Source: Auanema rhodensis (lineage: Eukaryota > Animalia > Nematoda). Taken from it: a DNA stretch of 64,000 bases. A program made the position numbers and the translations under genes. Within the stretch, counting starts at the first letter, position 1. Every line of letters begins with the position of its first letter. Shown here in pieces: positions 40,801-55,800 of the stretch. Below the pieces are notes generated by a model, which searched no databases, had not been told where the DNA came from, and worked only from the letters and a program-made list of their open reading frames with translations. The DNA lies in contig OZ059894.1 of assembly GCA_964057225.1 (NCBI GenBank), positions 23,808,001-23,872,000 of the forward strand. Reading direction: 5' to 3'.

Positions 40801-43800
40801 ATTTTTATTGATATTGGTGCATGGTAACCATGACTTTGAAATTTACGTGAACTTTAATTTATGCTAATTAAATGTACACGTGATGTGCACTTGGTATGTA
40901 ACTCGCTTCACGTGAAAGATAAAGAGATGCGGTTTTCAAAATTAGATTCCCCATGTCCATATTAGTCTAAAAACAAATTTTTATTGATATTGGTGCATGG
41001 TAACCATGACTTTGAAATTTACGTGAACTTTAATTTATGCTAATTAAATGTACACGTGATGTGCACTTGGTATGTAACTCGCTTCACGTGAAAGATATAG
41101 TGATGCGGTTTTCCAAATTAGATTCCCCATGTCCATATTAGTCTAAAAACAAATTTTTATTGATATTGGTTTATGGTAACCATGACTTTGAAATTTACGT
41201 GAACTTTAATTTATGCTAATTAAATGTACACGTGATGTGCACTTGGTATGTAACTCGCTTCACGTGAAAGATAAAGAGATGCGGTTTTCAAAATTTGATT
41301 CCCCATGTCCATATTAGTCTAAAAACAAATTTTTATTGATATTGGTTCATGGTAACCATGACTTTGAAATTTACGTGAACTTTAATTTATGCTAATTAAA
41401 TGTACACGTGATGTGCACTTGGTATGTAACTCGCTTCACGTGAAAGATAAAGAGATGCGGTTTTCAAAATTAGATTCCCCATGTACATATTAGTCTAAAA
41501 ACAAATTTTTATTGATATTGGTTCATGGTAACCATGACTTTGAAATTTACGTGAACTTTAATTTATGCTAATTAAATGTACACGTGATGTGCACTTGGTA
41601 TGTAACTCGCTTCACGTGGAAGATAAAGAGATGCGGTTTTCAAAATTAGATTCCCCATGTCCATATTAGTCTAAAAACAAATTTTTATTGATATTGGTGC
41701 ATGGTAACCATGACTTTGAAATTTACGTGAACTTTAATTTATGCTAATTAAATGTACACGTGATGTGCACTTGGTATGTAACTCGCTTCACGTGAAAGAT
41801 AAAAAGATGCGGTTTTCAAAATTAGATTCCCCATGTCCATATTAGTCTAAAAACAAATTTTTATTGATATTGGTGCATGGTAACCATGACTTTGAAATTT
41901 ACGTGAACTTTAATTTATGCTAATTAAATGTACACGTGATGTGCACTTGGTATGTAACTCGCTTCACGTGGAAGATAAAGAGATGCGGTTTTCAAAATTA
42001 GATTCCCCATGTCCATATTAGTCTAAAAACAAATTTTTATTGATATTGGTGCATGGTAACCATGACTTTGAAATTTACGTGAACTTTAATTTATGCTAAT
42101 TAAATGTACACGTGATGTGCACTTGGTATGTAACTCGCTTCACGTGAAAGATAAAAAGATGCGGTTTTCAAAATTAGATTCCCCATGTCCATATTAGTCT
42201 AAAAACAAATTTTTATTGATATTGGTGCATGGTAACCATGACTTTGAAATTTACGTGAACTTTAATTTATGCTAATTAAATGTACACGTGATGTGCACTT
42301 GGTATGTAACTCGCTTCACGTGAAAGATAAAGAGATGCGGTTTTCAAAATTAGATTCCCCATGTCCATTTTAGTCTAAAAACAAATTTTTATTGATATTG
42401 GTTCATGGTAACCATGACTTTGAAATTTACGTGAACTTTAATTTATGCTAATTAAATGTACACGTGACGTGCACTTGGTATGTAACTCGCTTCACGTGAA
42501 AGAGAAAGAGATGCGGTTTTCAAAATAAGATTCCCCATGTCCATATTAGTCTAAAAACAAATTTTTATTGATATTGGTGCATGGTAACCATGACTTTGAA
42601 ATTTACGTGAACTTTAATTTATGCTAATTAAATGTACACGTGATGTGCACTTGGTATGTAACTCGCTTCACGTGAAAGATATAGTGATGCGGTTTTCCAA
42701 ATTAGATTCCCCATGTCCATATTAGTCTAAAAACAAATTTTTATTGATATTGGTTTATGGTAACCATGACTTTGAAATTTACGTGAACTTTAATTTATGC
42801 TAATTAAATGTACACGTGATGTGCACTTGGTATGTAACTCGCTTCACGTGAAAGATAAAGAGATGCGGTTTTCAAAATTTGATTCCCCATGTCCATATTA
42901 GTCTAAAAACAAATTTTTATTGATATTGGTTCATGGTAACCATGACTTTGACATTTACGTGAACTTTAATTTATGCTAATTAAATGTACACGTGATGTGC
43001 ACTTGGTATGTAACTCGCTTCACGTGAAAGATAAAGAAATGCGGTTTTCAAAATTAGATTCCCCATGTCCATATTAGTCTAAAAACAAATTTTTATTGAT
43101 ATTGGTTCATGGTAACCATGACTTTGAAATTTACGTGAACTTTAATTTATGCTAATTAATTGTACACGTGATGTGCACTTGGTATGTAACTCGCTTCACG
43201 TGAAAGATAAAGAGATGCGGTTTTCAAAATAAGATTCCCCATGTCCATATTAGTCTAAAAACAAATTTTTATTGATATTGGTGCATGGTAACCATGACTT
43301 TGAAATTTACGTGAACTTTAATTTATGCTAATTAAATGTACACGTGATGTGCACTTGGTATGTAACTCGCTTCACGTGAAAGATAAAGAGATGCGGTTTT
43401 CAAAATTTGATTCCCCATGTCCATATTAGTCTAAAAACAAATTTTTATTGATATTGGTGCATGGTAACCATGACTTTGAAATTTACGTGAACTTTAATTT
43501 ATGCTAATTAAATGTACACGTGATGTGCACTTGGTAAGTAACTCGCTTCACGTGAAAGATAAAGAGATGCGGTTTTCAAAATTAGATTCCCCATGTCCAT
43601 ATTAGTCTAAAAACAAATTTTCATTGATATTGGTGCATGGTAACCATGACTTTGAAATTTACGTGAACTTTAATTTATGCTAATTAAATGTACACGTGAT
43701 GTGCACTTGGTATGTAACTCGCTTCACGTGAAAGATAAAGAGATGCGGTTTTCAAAATTAGATTCCCCATGTCCATATTAGTCTAAAAACAAATTTTTAT

Positions 43801-46800
43801 TGATATTGGTGCATGGTAACCATGACTTTGAAATTTACGTGAACTTTAATTTATGCTAATTAAATGTACACGTGATGTGCACTTGGTATGTAACTTGCTT
43901 CACGTGAAAGATAAAGAGATGCGGTTTTCAAAATTAGATTCCCCATGTCCATATTAGTCTAAAAACAAATTTTTATTGATATTGGTTAATGGTAACCATG
44001 ACTTTGAAATTTACGTGAACTTTAATTTATGCTAATTAAAAGTACACGTGATGTGCACTTGGTATGTAACTCGCTTCACGTGAAAGATAAAGAGATGCGG
44101 TTTTCAAAATTAGATTCCCCATGTCCATATTAGTCTAAAAACAGATTTTTATTGATATTGGTGCATGGTAACCATGACTTTGAAATTTACGTGAACTTTA
44201 ATTTATGCTAATTAAATGTACACGTGATGTGCACTTGGTATGTAACTCGCTTCACGTGAAAGATAAAGAGATACGGTTTTCAAAATTAGATTCCCCATGT
44301 ACATATTAGTCTAAAAACAAATTTTTATTGATATTGGTTCATGGTAACCATGACTTTGAAATTTACGTGAACTTTAATTTATGCTAATTAAATGTACACG
44401 TGATGTGCACTTGGTATGTAACTCGCTTCACGTGGAAGATAAAGAGATGCGGTTTTCAAAATTAGATTCCCCATGTCCATATTAGTCTAAAAACAAATTT
44501 TTATTGATATTGGTGCATGGTAACCATGACTTTGAAATTTACGTGAACTTTAATTTATGCTAATTAAATGTACACGTGATGTGCACTTGGTATGTAACTC
44601 GCTTCACGTGAAAGATAAAGAGATGCGGTTTTCAAAATTTGATTCCCCATGTCCATATTAGTCTAAAAACAAATTTTTATTGATATTGGTTCATGGTAAC
44701 CATGACTTTGAAATTTACGTGAACTTTAATTTATGCTAATTAAATGTACACGTGATGTGCACTTGGTATGTAACTCGCTTCACGTGAAAGATAAAGAAAT
44801 GCGGTTCTCAAAATTAGATTCCCCATGTCCATATTAGTCTAAAAACAAATTTTTATTGATATTGGTTCATGGTAACCATGACTTTGAAATTTACGTGAAC
44901 TTTAATTTATGCTAATTAATTGTACACGTGATGTGCACTTGGTATGTAACTCGCTTCACGTGAAAGATAAAGAGATGCGGTTTTCAAAATAAGATTCCCC
45001 ATGTCCATATTAGTCTAAAAACAAATTTTTATTGATATTGGTGCATGGTAACCATGACTTTGAAATTTACGTGAACTTTAATTTATGCTAATTAAATGTA
45101 CACGTGATGTGCACTTGGTATGTAACTCGCTTCACGTGAAAGATAAAGAGATGCGGTTTTCAAAATTAGATTCCCCATGTCCATATTAGTCTAAAAACAA
45201 ATTTTCATTGATATTGGTGCATGGTAACCATGACTTTGAAATTTACGTGAACTTTAATTTATGCTAATTAAATGTACACGTGATGTGCACTTGGTATGTA
45301 ACTCGCTTCACGTGGAAGATAAAGAGATGCGGTTTTCAAAATTAGATTCCCCATGTCCATATTAGTCTAAAAACAAATTTTTATTGATATTGGTGCATGG
45401 TAACCATGACTTTGAAATTTACGTGAACTTTAATTTATGCTAATTAAATGTACACGTGATGTGCACTTGGTATGTAACTCGCTTCACGTGAAAGATAAAG
45501 AGATGCGGTTTTCAAAATTAGATTCCCCATGTCCATATTAGTCTAAAAACAAATTTTTATTGATATTGGTTCATGGTAACCATGACTTTGAAATTTACGT
45601 GAACTTAAATTTATGCTAATTAAATGTACACGTGATGTGCACTTGGTATGTAACTCGCTTCACGTGAAATATAGAGAGATGCGGTTTTCAATATTAGATT
45701 CCCCATGTCCATATTAGTCTAAAAACAAATTTTTATTGATATTGGTGCATGGTAACCATGACTTTGAAATTTACGTGAACTTTAATTTATGCTAATTAAA
45801 TGTACACGTGATGTGCACTTGGTATGTAACTCGCTTCACGTGAAAGATAAAGAGATGCGGTTTTCAAAATTAGATTCCTCATGTCCATATTAGTCTAAAA
45901 ACAAATTTTTATTGATATTGGTGCATGGTAACCATGACTTTGAAATTTACGTGAACTTTAATTTATGCTAATTAAATGTACACGTGATGTGCACTTGGTA
46001 TGTAACTCGCTTCACGTGAAAGATAAAGAGATGCGGTTTTCAAAATTAGATTGCCCATGTCCATATTAGTCTAAAAACAAATTTTTATTGATATTGGTGC
46101 ATGGTAACCATGACTTTGAAATTTACGTGAACTTTAATTTATGCTAATTAAATGTACACGTGATGTGCACTTGGTATGTAACTCGCTTCACGTGAAAGAT
46201 AAAGAGATGCGGTTTTCAAAATTAGATTCCTCATGTCCATATTAGTCTAAAAACGAATTTTATTGATATTGGTGCATGGTAACCACGACTTTGAAATTTA
46301 CGTGAACTTTAATTTATGCTAATTAAATGTACACGTGATGTGCACTTGGTATGTAACTCGCTTCACGTGAAAGATAAAGAGATGCGGTTTTCAAAATTAG
46401 ATTCCCCATGTCCATATTAGTCTAAAAACAAATTTTTATTGATATTGGTTCATGGTAACCATGACTTTGAAATTTACGTGAACTTTAATTTATGCTAATT
46501 AAATGTACACGTGATGTGCACTTGGTATGTAACTCGCTTCACGTGAAAGATAAAGAGATGCGGTTTTCAAAATTAGATTCCCCATGTCCATATTAGTCTA
46601 AAAACAAATTTTTATTGATATTGGTGCATGGTAACCATGACTTTGAAATTTACGTGAACTTCAATTTATGCTAATTAAATGTACACGTGATGTGCACTTG
46701 GTATGTAACTCGCTTCACGTGAAAGATAAAGAGATGCGGTTTTCAAAATTAGATTCCCCATGTCCATATTAGTCTAAAAACAAATTTTTATTGATATTGG

Positions 46801-49800
46801 TGCATGGTAACCATGACTTTGAAATTTACGTGTACTTTAATTTATGCTAATTAAATGTACACTTGATGTGCACTTGGTATGTAACTCGCTTCACGTGAAA
46901 GATAAAGAGATGCGGTTTTCAAAATTAGATTCCCCATGTCCATATTAGTCTAAAAACAAATTTTTATTGATATTGGTGCATGGTAACCATGACTTTGAAA
47001 TTTACGTGAACTTTAATTTATGCTAATTAAATGTACACGTGATGTGCACTTGGTATGTAACTCGCTTCACGTGAAAGATAAAGAGATGCGGTTTTCAAAA
47101 TTAGATTCCCCATGTCCATATTAGTCTAAAAACAAATTTTCATTGATATTGGTGCATGGTAACCATGACTTTGAAATTTACGTGAACTTTAATTTATGCT
47201 AATTAAATGTACACGTGATGTGCACTTGGTATGTAACTCGCTTCACGTGGAAGATAAAGAGATGCGGTTTTCCAAATTAGATTCCCCATGTCCATATTAG
47301 TCTAAAAACAAATTTTTATTGATATTGGTGCATGGTAACCATGACTTTGAAATTTACGTAAACTTTAATTTATGCTAATTAAATGTACACGTGATGTGCA
47401 CTTGGTATGTAACTCGCTTCACGTGAAAGATAAAGAGATGCGGTTTTCAAAATTAGATTCCCCATGTCCATATTAGTCTAAAAACAAATTTTTATTGATA
47501 TTGGTTCATGGTAACCATGACTTTGAAATTTACGTGAACTTTAATTTATGCTAATTAAATGTACACGTGATGTGCACTTGGTATGTAACTCGCTTCACGT
47601 GAAATATAAAGAGATGCGGTTTTCAATATTAGATTCCCCATGTCCATATTAGTCTAAAAACAAATTTTTATTGATATTGGTGCATGGTAACCATGACTTT
47701 GAAATTTACGTGAACTTTAATTTATGCTAATTAAATGTACACGTGATGTGCACTTGGTATGTAACTCGCTTCACGTGAAAGATAAAGAGATGCGGTTTTC
47801 AAAATTAGATTCCTCATGTCCATATTAGTCTAAAAACAAATTTTTATTGATATTGGTGCATGGTAACCATGACTTTGAAATTTAAGTGAACTTTAATTTA
47901 TGCTAATTAAATGTACACGTGATGTGCACTTGGTATGTAACTCGCTTCACGTGAAAGATAAAGAGATGCGGTTTTCAAAATTAGATTCCCCATGTCCATA
48001 TTAGTCTAAAAACGAATTTTATTGATATTGGTGCATGGTAACCACGACTTTGAAATTTACGTGAACTTTAATTTATGCTAATTAAATGTACACGTGATGT
48101 GCACTTGGTATGTAACTCGCTTCACGTGAAAGATAAAGAGATGCGGTTTTCAAAATTAGATTCCCCATGTCCATATTAGTCTAAAAACAAATTTTTATTG
48201 ATATTGGTTCATGGTAACCATGACTTTGAAATTTACGTGAACTTTAATTTATGCTAATTAAATGTACACGTGATGTGCACTTGGTATGTAACTCGCTTCT
48301 CGTGAAAGATAAAGAGATGCGGTTTTCAAAATTAGATTCCCCATGTCCATATTAGTCTAAAAACAAATTTTTATTGATATTGGTGCATGGTAACCATGAC
48401 TTTGAAATTTACGTGAACTTCAATTTATGCTAATTAAATGTACACGTGATGTGCACTTGGTATGTAACTCGCTTCACGTGAAAGATAAAGAGATGCGGTT
48501 TTCAAAATTAGATTCCCCATGTCCATATTAGTCTAAAAACAAATTTTTATTGATATTGGTGCATGGTAACCATGACTTTGAAATTTACGTGTACTTTAAT
48601 TTATGCTAATTAAATGTACACTTGATGTGCACTTGGTATGTAACTCGCTTCACGTGAAAGATAAAGAGATGCGGTTTTCAAAATTAGATTCCCCATGTCC
48701 ATATTAGTCTAAAAACAAATTTTTATTGATATTGGTTCATGGTAACCATGACTTTGAAATTTACGTGAACTTTAATTTATGCTAATTAATTGTACACGTG
48801 ATGTGCACTTGGTATGTAACTTGCTTCACGTGAAAGATAAAGAGATGCGGTTTTCAAAATAAGATTCCCCATGTCCATATTAGTCTAAAAACAAATTTTT
48901 ATTGATATTGGTGCATGGTAACCATGACTTTGAAATTTACGTGAACTTTAATTTATGCTAATTAAATGTACACGTGATGTGCACTTGGTATGTAACTCGC
49001 TTCACGTGAAAGATAAAGAGATGCGGTTTTCAAAATTAGATTCCCCATGTCCATATTAGTCTAAAAACAAATTTTCATTGATATTGGTGCATGGTAACCA
49101 TGACTTTGAAATTTACGTGAACTTTAATTTATGCTAATTAAATGTACACGTGATGTGCACTTGGTATGTAACTCGCTTCACGTGAAAGATAAAGAGATGC
49201 GGTTTTCAAAATTAGATTCCCCATGTCCATATTAGTCTAAAAACAAATTTTTATTGATATTGGTGCATGGTAACCATGACTTTGAAATTTACGTGAACTT
49301 TAATTTATGCTAATTAAATGTACACGTGATGTGCACTTGGTATGTAACTTGCTTCACGTGAAAGATAAAGAGATGCGGTTTTCAAAATTAGATTCCCCAT
49401 GTCCATATTAGTCTAAAAACAAATTTTTATTGATATTGGTTAATGGTAACCATGACTTTGAAATTTACGTGAACTTTAATTTATGCTAATTAAATGTACA
49501 CGTGATGTGCACTTGATATGTAACTCGCTTCACGTGAAAGATAAAGAGATGCGGTTTTCAAAATTAGATTCCCCATGTCCATATTAGTCTAAAAACAAAT
49601 TTTTATTGATATTGGTTCATGGTAACCATGACTTTGAAATTTACGTGAACTTTAATTTATGCTAATTAAAAGTACACGTGATGTGCACTTGGTATGTAAC
49701 TCGCTTCACGTGAAAGATAAAGAGATGCGGTTTTCAAAATTAGATTCCCCATGTCCATATTAGTCTAAAAACAGATTTTTATTGATATTGGTGCATGGTA

Positions 49801-52800
49801 ACCATGACTTTGAAATTTACGTGAACTTTAATTTATGCTAATTAAATGTACACGTGATGTGCACTTGGTATGTAACTCGCTTCACGTGAAAGATAAAAAG
49901 ATGCGGTTTTCAAAATTAGATTCCCCATGTACATATTAGTCTAAAAACAAATTTTTATTGATATTGGTTCATGGTAACCATGACTTTGAAATTTACGTGA
50001 ACTTTAATTTATGCTAATTAAATGTACACGTGATGTGCACTTGGTATGTAACTCGCTTCACGTGGAAGATAAAGAGATGCGGTTTTCAAAATTAGATTCC
50101 CCATGTCCATATTAGTCTAAAAACAAATTTTTATTGATATTGGTGCATGGTAACCATGACTTTGAAATTTACGTGAACTTTAATTTATGCTAATTAAATG
50201 TACACGTGATGTGCACTTGGTATGTAACTCGCTTCACGTGAAAGATAAAGAGATGCGGTTTTCAAAATTTGATTCCCCATGTCCATATTAGTCTAAAAAC
50301 AAATTTTTATTGATATTGGTTCATGGTAACCATGACTTTGAAATTTACGTGAACTTTAATTTATGCTAATTAAATGTACACGTGATGTGCACTTGGTATG
50401 TAACTCGCTTCACGTGAAAGATAAAGAAATGCGGTTCTCAAAATTAGATTCCCCATGTCCATATTAGTCTAAAAACAAATTTTTATTGATATTGGTTCAT
50501 GGTAACCATGACTTTGAAATTTACGTGAACTTTAATTTATGCTAATTAATTGTACACGTGATGTGCACTTGGTATGTAACTCGCTTCACGTGAAAGATAA
50601 AGAGATGCGGTTTTCAAAATAAGATTCCCCATGTCCATATTAGTCTAAAAACAAATTTTTATTGATATTGGTGCATGGTAACCATGACTTTGAAATTTAC
50701 GTGAACTTTAATTTATGCTAATTAAATGTACACGTGATGTGCACTTGGTATGTAACTCGCTTCACGTGAAAGATAAAGAGATGCGGTTTTCAAAATTAGA
50801 TTCCCCATGTCCATATTAGTCTAAAAACAAATTTTCATTGATATTGGTGCATGGTAACCATGACTTTGAAATTTACGTGAACTTTAATTTATGCTAATTA
50901 AATGTACACGTGATGTGCACTTGGTATGTAACTCGCTTCACGTGGAAGATAAAGAGATGCGGTTTTCAAAATTAGATTCCCCATGTCCATATTAGTCTAA
51001 AAACAAATTTTTATTGATATTGGTGCATGGTAACCATGACTTTGAAATTTACGTGAACTTTAATTTATGCTAATTAAATGTACACGTGATGTGCACTTGG
51101 TATGTAACTCGCTTCACGTGAAAGATAAAGAGATGCGGTTTTCAAAATTAGATTCCCCATGTCCATATTAGTCTAAAAACAAATTTTTATTGATATTGGT
51201 TCATGGTAACCATGACTTTGAAATTTACGTGAACTTTAATTTATGCTAATTAAATGTACACGTGATGTGCACTTGGTATGTAACTCGCTTCACGTGAAAG
51301 ATAAAGAGATGCGGTTTTCAAAATAAGATTCCCCATGTCCATATTAGTCTAAAAACAAATTTTTATTGATATTGGTGCATGGTAACCATGACTTTGAAAT
51401 TTACGTGAACTTTAATTTATGCTAATTAAATGTACACGTGATGTGCACTTGGTATGTAACTCGCTTCACGTGAAAGATAAAGAGATGCGGTTTTCAAAAT
51501 TAGATTCCCCATGTCCATATTAGTCTAAAAACAAATTTTCATTGATATTGGTGCATGGTAACCATGACTTTGAAATTTACGTGAACTTTAATTTATGCTA
51601 ATTAAATGTACACGTGATGTGCACTTGGTATGTAACTCGCTTCACGTGGAAGATAAAGAGATGCGGTTTTCAAAATTAGATTCCCCATGTCCATATTAGT
51701 CTAAAAACAAATTTTTATTGATATTGGTGCATGGTAACCATGACTTTGAAATTTACGTGAACTTTAATTTATGCTAATTAAATGTACACGTGATGTGCAC
51801 TTGGTATGTAACTCGCTTCACGTGAAAGATAAAGAGATGCGGTTTTCAAAATTAGATTCCCCATGTCCATATTAGTCTAAAAACAAATTTTTATTGATAT
51901 TGGTTCATGGTAACCATGACTTTGAAATTTACGTGAACTTTAATTTATGCTAATTAAATGTACACGTGATGTGCACTTGGTATGTAACTCGCTTCACGTG
52001 AAATATAAAGAGATGCGGTTTTCAATATTAGATTCCCCATGTCCATATTAGTCTAAAAACAAATTTTTATTGATATTGGTGCATGGTAACCATGACTTTG
52101 AAATTTACGTGAACTTTAATTTATGCTAATTAAATGTACACGTGATGTGCACTTGGTATGTAACTCGCTTCACGTGAAAGATAAAGAGATGCGGTTTTCA
52201 AAATTAGATTGCCCATGTCCATATTAGTCTAAAAACAAATTTTTATTGATATTGGTGCATGGTAACCATGACTTTGAAATTTACGTGAACTTTAATTTAT
52301 GCTAATTAAATGTACACGTGATGTGCACTTGGTATGTAACTCGCTTCACGTGAAAGATAAAGAGATGCGGTTTTCAAAATTAGATTCCCCATGTCCATAT
52401 TAGTCTAAAAACGAATTTTATTGATATTGGTGCATGGTAACCACGACTTTGAAATTTACGTGAACTTTAATTTATGCTAATTAAATGTACACGTGATGTG
52501 CACTTGGTATGTAACTCGCTTCACGTGAAAGATAAAGAGATGCGGTTTTCAAAATTAGATTCCCCATGTCCATATTAGTCTAAAAACAAATTTTTATTGA
52601 TATTGGTTCATGGTAACCATGACTTTGAAATTTACGTGAACTTTAATTTATGCTAATTAAATGTACACGTGATGTGCACTTGGTATGTAACTCGCTTCAC
52701 GTGAAAGATAAAGAGATGCGGTTTTCAAAATTAGATTCCCCATGTCCATATTAGTCTAAAAACAAATTTTTATTGATATTGGTGCATGGTAACCATGACT

Positions 52801-55800
52801 TTGAAATTTACGTGAACTTCAATTTATGCTAATTAAATGTACACGTGATGTGCACTTGGTATGTAACTCGCTTCACGTGAAAGATAAAGAGATGCGGTTT
52901 TCAAAATTAGATTCCCCATGTCCATATTAGTCTAAAAACAAATTTTTATTGATATTGGTGCATGGTAACCATGACTTTGAAATTTACGTGTACTTTAATT
53001 TATGCTAATTAAATGTACACTTGATGTGCACTTGGTATGTAACTCGCTTCACGTGAAAGATGAAGAGATGCGGTTTTCAAAATTAGATTCCCCATGTCCA
53101 TATTAGTCTAAAAACAAATTTTTATTGATATTGGTGCATGGTAACCATGACTTTGAAATTTACGTGAACTTTAATTTATGCTAATTAAATGTACACGTGA
53201 TGTGCACTTGGTATGTAACTCGCTTCACGTGAAAGATAAAGAGATGCGGTTTTCAAAATTAGATTCCCCATGTCCATATTAGTCTAAAAACAAATTTTCA
53301 TTGATATTGGTGCATGGTAACCATGACTTTGAAATTTACGTGAACTTTAATTTATGCTAATTAAATGTACACGTGATGTGCACTTGATATGTAACTCGCT
53401 TCACGTGGAAGATAAAGAGATGCGGTTTTCAAAATTAGATTCCCCATGTCCATATTAGTCTAAAAACAAATTTTTATTGATATTGGTGCATGGTAACCAT
53501 GACTTTGAAATTTACGTGAACTTTAATTTATGCTAATTAAATGTACACGTGATGTGCACTTGGTATGTAACTCGCTTCACGTGAAAGATAAAGAGATGCG
53601 GTTTTCAAAATTAGATTCCCCATGTCCATATTAGTCTAAAAACAAATTTTTATTGATATTGGTTCATGGTAACCATGACTTTGAAATTTACGTGAACTTT
53701 AATTTATGCTAATTAAATGTACACGTGATGTGCACTTGGTATGTAACTCGCTTCACGTGAAATATAAAGAGATGCGGTTTTCAATATTAGATTCCCCATG
53801 TCCATATTAGTCTAAAAACAAATTTTTATTGATATTGGTGCATGGTAACCATGACTTTGAAATTTACGTGAACTTTAATTTATGCTAATTAAATGTACAC
53901 GTGATGTGCACTTGGTATGTAACTCGCTTCACGTGAAAGATAAAGAGATGCGGTTTTCAAAATTAGATTCCTCATGTCCATATTAGTCTAAAAACAAATT
54001 TTTATTGATATTGGTGCATGGTAACCATGACTTTGAAATTTACGTGAACTTTAATTTATGCTAATTAAATGTACACGTGATGTGCACTTGGTATGTAACT
54101 CGCTTCACGTGAAAGATAAAGAGATGCGGTTTTCAAAATTAGATTGCCCATGTCCATATTAGTCTAAAAACAAATTTTTATTGATATTGGTGCATGGTAA
54201 CCATGACTTTGAAATTTACGTGAACTTTAATTTATGCTAATTAAATGTACACGTGATGTGCACTTGGTATGTAACTCGCTTCACGTGAAAGATAAAGAGA
54301 TGCGGTTTTCAAAATTAGATTCCCCATGTCCATATTAGTCTAAAAACGAATTTTATTGATATTGGTGCATGGTAACCACGACTTTGAAATTTACGTGAAC
54401 TTTAATTTATGCTAATTAAATGTACACGTGATGTGCACTTGGTATGTAACTCGCTTCACGTGAAAGATAAAGAGATGCGGTTTTCAAAATTAGATTCCCC
54501 ATGTCCATATTAGTCTAAAAACAAATTTTTATTGATATTGGTTCATGGTAACCATGACTTTGAAATTTACGTGAACTTTAATTTATGCTAATTAAATGTA
54601 CACGTGATGTGCACTTGGTATGTAACTCGCTTCACGTGAAAGATAAAGAGATGCGGTTTTCAAAATTAGATTCCCCATGTCCATATTAGTCTAAAAACAA
54701 ATTTTTATTGATATTGGTGCATGGTAACCATGACTTTGAAATTTACGTGAACTTTAATTTATGGTAATTAAATGTACACGTGATGTGCACTTGGTATGTA
54801 ACTCGCTTCACGTGAAAGATAAAGAGATGCGGTTTTCAAAATTAGATTCCCCATGTCCATATTAGTCTAAAAACGAATTTTATTGATATTGGTGCATGGT
54901 AACCACGACTTTGAAATTTACGTGAACTTTAATTTATGCTAATTAAATGTACACGTGATGTGCACTTGGTATGTAACTCGCTTCACGTGAAAGATAAAGA
55001 GATGCGGTTTTCAAAATTAGATTCCCCATGTCCATATTAGTCTAAAAACAAATTTTTATTGATATTGGTTCATGGTAACCATGACTTTGAAATTTACGTG
55101 AACTTTAATTTATGCTAATTAAATGTACACGTGATGTGCACTTGGTATGTAACTCGCTTCACGTGAAAGATAAAGAGATGCGGTTTTCAAAATTAGATTC
55201 CCCATGTCCATATTAGTCTAAAAACAAATTTTTATTGATATTGGTGCATGGTAACCATGACTTTGAAATTTACGTGAACTTCAATTTATGCTAATTAAAT
55301 GTACACGTGATGTGCACTTGGTATGTAACTCGCTTCACGTGAAAGATAAAGAGATGCGGTTTTCAAAATTAGATTCCCCATGTCCATATTAGTCTAAAAA
55401 CAAATTTTTATTGATATTGGTGCATGGTAACCATGACTTTGAAATTTACGTGAACTTTAATTTATGCTAATTAAATGTACACGTGATGTGCACTTGGTAT
55501 GTAACTCGCTTCACGTGGAAGATAAAGAGATGCGGTTTTCAAAATTAGATTCCCCATGTCCATATTAGTCTAAAAACAAATTTTTATTGATATTGGTGCA
55601 TGGTAACCATGACTTTGAAATTTACGTGAACTTTAATTTATGCTAATTAAATGTACACGTGATGTGCACTTGGTATGTAACTCGCTTCACGTGAAAGATA
55701 AAGAGATGCGGTTTTCAAAATTAGATTCCCCATGTCCATATTAGTCTAAAAACAAATTTTTATTGATATTGGTGCATGGTAACCATGACTTTGAAATTTA

